Shown piece after piece: positions 63,472 to 64,000 of a DNA stretch of 64,000 nucleotides. Numbering within the stretch: the stretch's first letter is position 1; every line of letters starts with the position of its first letter. Made by a program: the position numbers and the translations under genes. The notes below the pieces were generated by a model, which saw nothing but the letters and a program-made list of their open reading frames with translations, searched no databases and was not told the DNA's origin. Origin of the DNA: Bryobacterales bacterium (GTDB lineage: Bacteria; Acidobacteriota; Terriglobia; Bryobacterales; UBA6623); NCBI GenBank assembly GCA_963422375.2, contig OY729428.2, positions 3,424,001 to 3,488,000 on the forward strand. Reading direction: 5' to 3'.

Positions 63472-64000
63472 GACGCTTCGGTCGCAGCCGACGACGGGCC
63501 CTCGCGAGCTTCGCGGGCCTGCTCGCGGCTTCCCCCAGCGTGCGGGCCCAGCACGCTCCACTGCAAGCGGTCGAGGCTCCGGGCCGCAGGACTCCACTCG
63601 ACGAGTTCGCCAACGTCCCGGAGTTCGAGGCCATGGCCCGACGGTCGCTAAGCGACCAGGCGTTCGCGAGCATCGCCGACGGAGAGCGCGACCTGCTCGA
63701 GCGCATCACTTTCCGGCCGCGCCTGCTGGTCAGCACGCTGGATCTCGACCTGTCGCTCGAGCTCTTCGGACAGGACATGTTCGCGCCCATCCTGGTCGGC
63801 CCGGCGTCCGGGCAGCAGCGCTTTCACGAGGAGGGCGAAGTGGCGACGGCCAAGGGAGCCGCAGCTGCGAAGGCGACCATCGTGACAGCGGAGGAGAGCG
63901 GCGCGACCCTTGAGAAGACCGCCGCCCTAGCCCCGGGTTCATGGCGACAGGTTTATCCGGACCCCGACGTGGGCGCCCTGGCGGAGCGCGGGCGCCAGGC
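63468..64000 (+). CDS. Second, divergent alpha-hydroxy-acid oxidase-like protein (runs off window; absent from ORF track)
   Basis: GTGA overlap with upstream stop; RSRRRALASFAGLLAA, NVPEFEAMARR, RITFRPRLLV, DLSLELFGQDMFAPILVGP, HEEGEVATAKGA. Confidence 0.8.
   Translation, partial: MRRFGRSRRRALASFAGLLAASPSVRAQHAPLQAVEAPGRRTPLDEFANVPEFEAMARRSLSDQAFASIADGERDLLERITFRPRLLVSTLDLDLSLELFGQDMFAPILVGPASGQQRFHEEGEVATAKGAAAAKATIVTAEESGATLEKTAALAPGSWRQVYPDPDVGALAERGRQ

Overview
High-GC bacterial chromosomal segment. Gene content and order (rimO-yacG-pgpA-cinA, bamA-skp, fused lptC/A-lptB, two sulfatases, several PQQ-like beta-propellers, Tat-type alpha-hydroxy-acid oxidases) suggest an Acidobacteriota/Bryobacterales-type genome, possibly host-associated; this is inference only. 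Intact housekeeping and carbohydrate-catabolic blocks alternate with decayed accessory patches. Those patches contain: (i) a full-length IS1595-family element (24333-25852, 8-bp TSD) next to a 370-bp MITE derived from it (23585-23954, own 8-bp TSD) that keeps a structured non-coding right end; (ii) a CTAG-bounded IS remnant whose removal rejoins a low-GC gene in frame; (iii) IS4- and ISNCY-type pseudogenes; (iv) an oxyR'-'katA deletion scar; (v) a diverged tandem duplication of a coiled-coil membrane-anchored gene; (vi) broken higBA, DUF29, TlpA and M48 genes. No rRNA, tRNA or CRISPR array was seen. No unambiguous new multi-gene system is demonstrable from sequence alone. The best leads are the IS1595/MITE structured end, the tandem twin-arginine FMN oxidase pair and the oxyR-catalase deletion. 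Family assignments come from motif recognition by eye, not database searches, and many start codons are best guesses.
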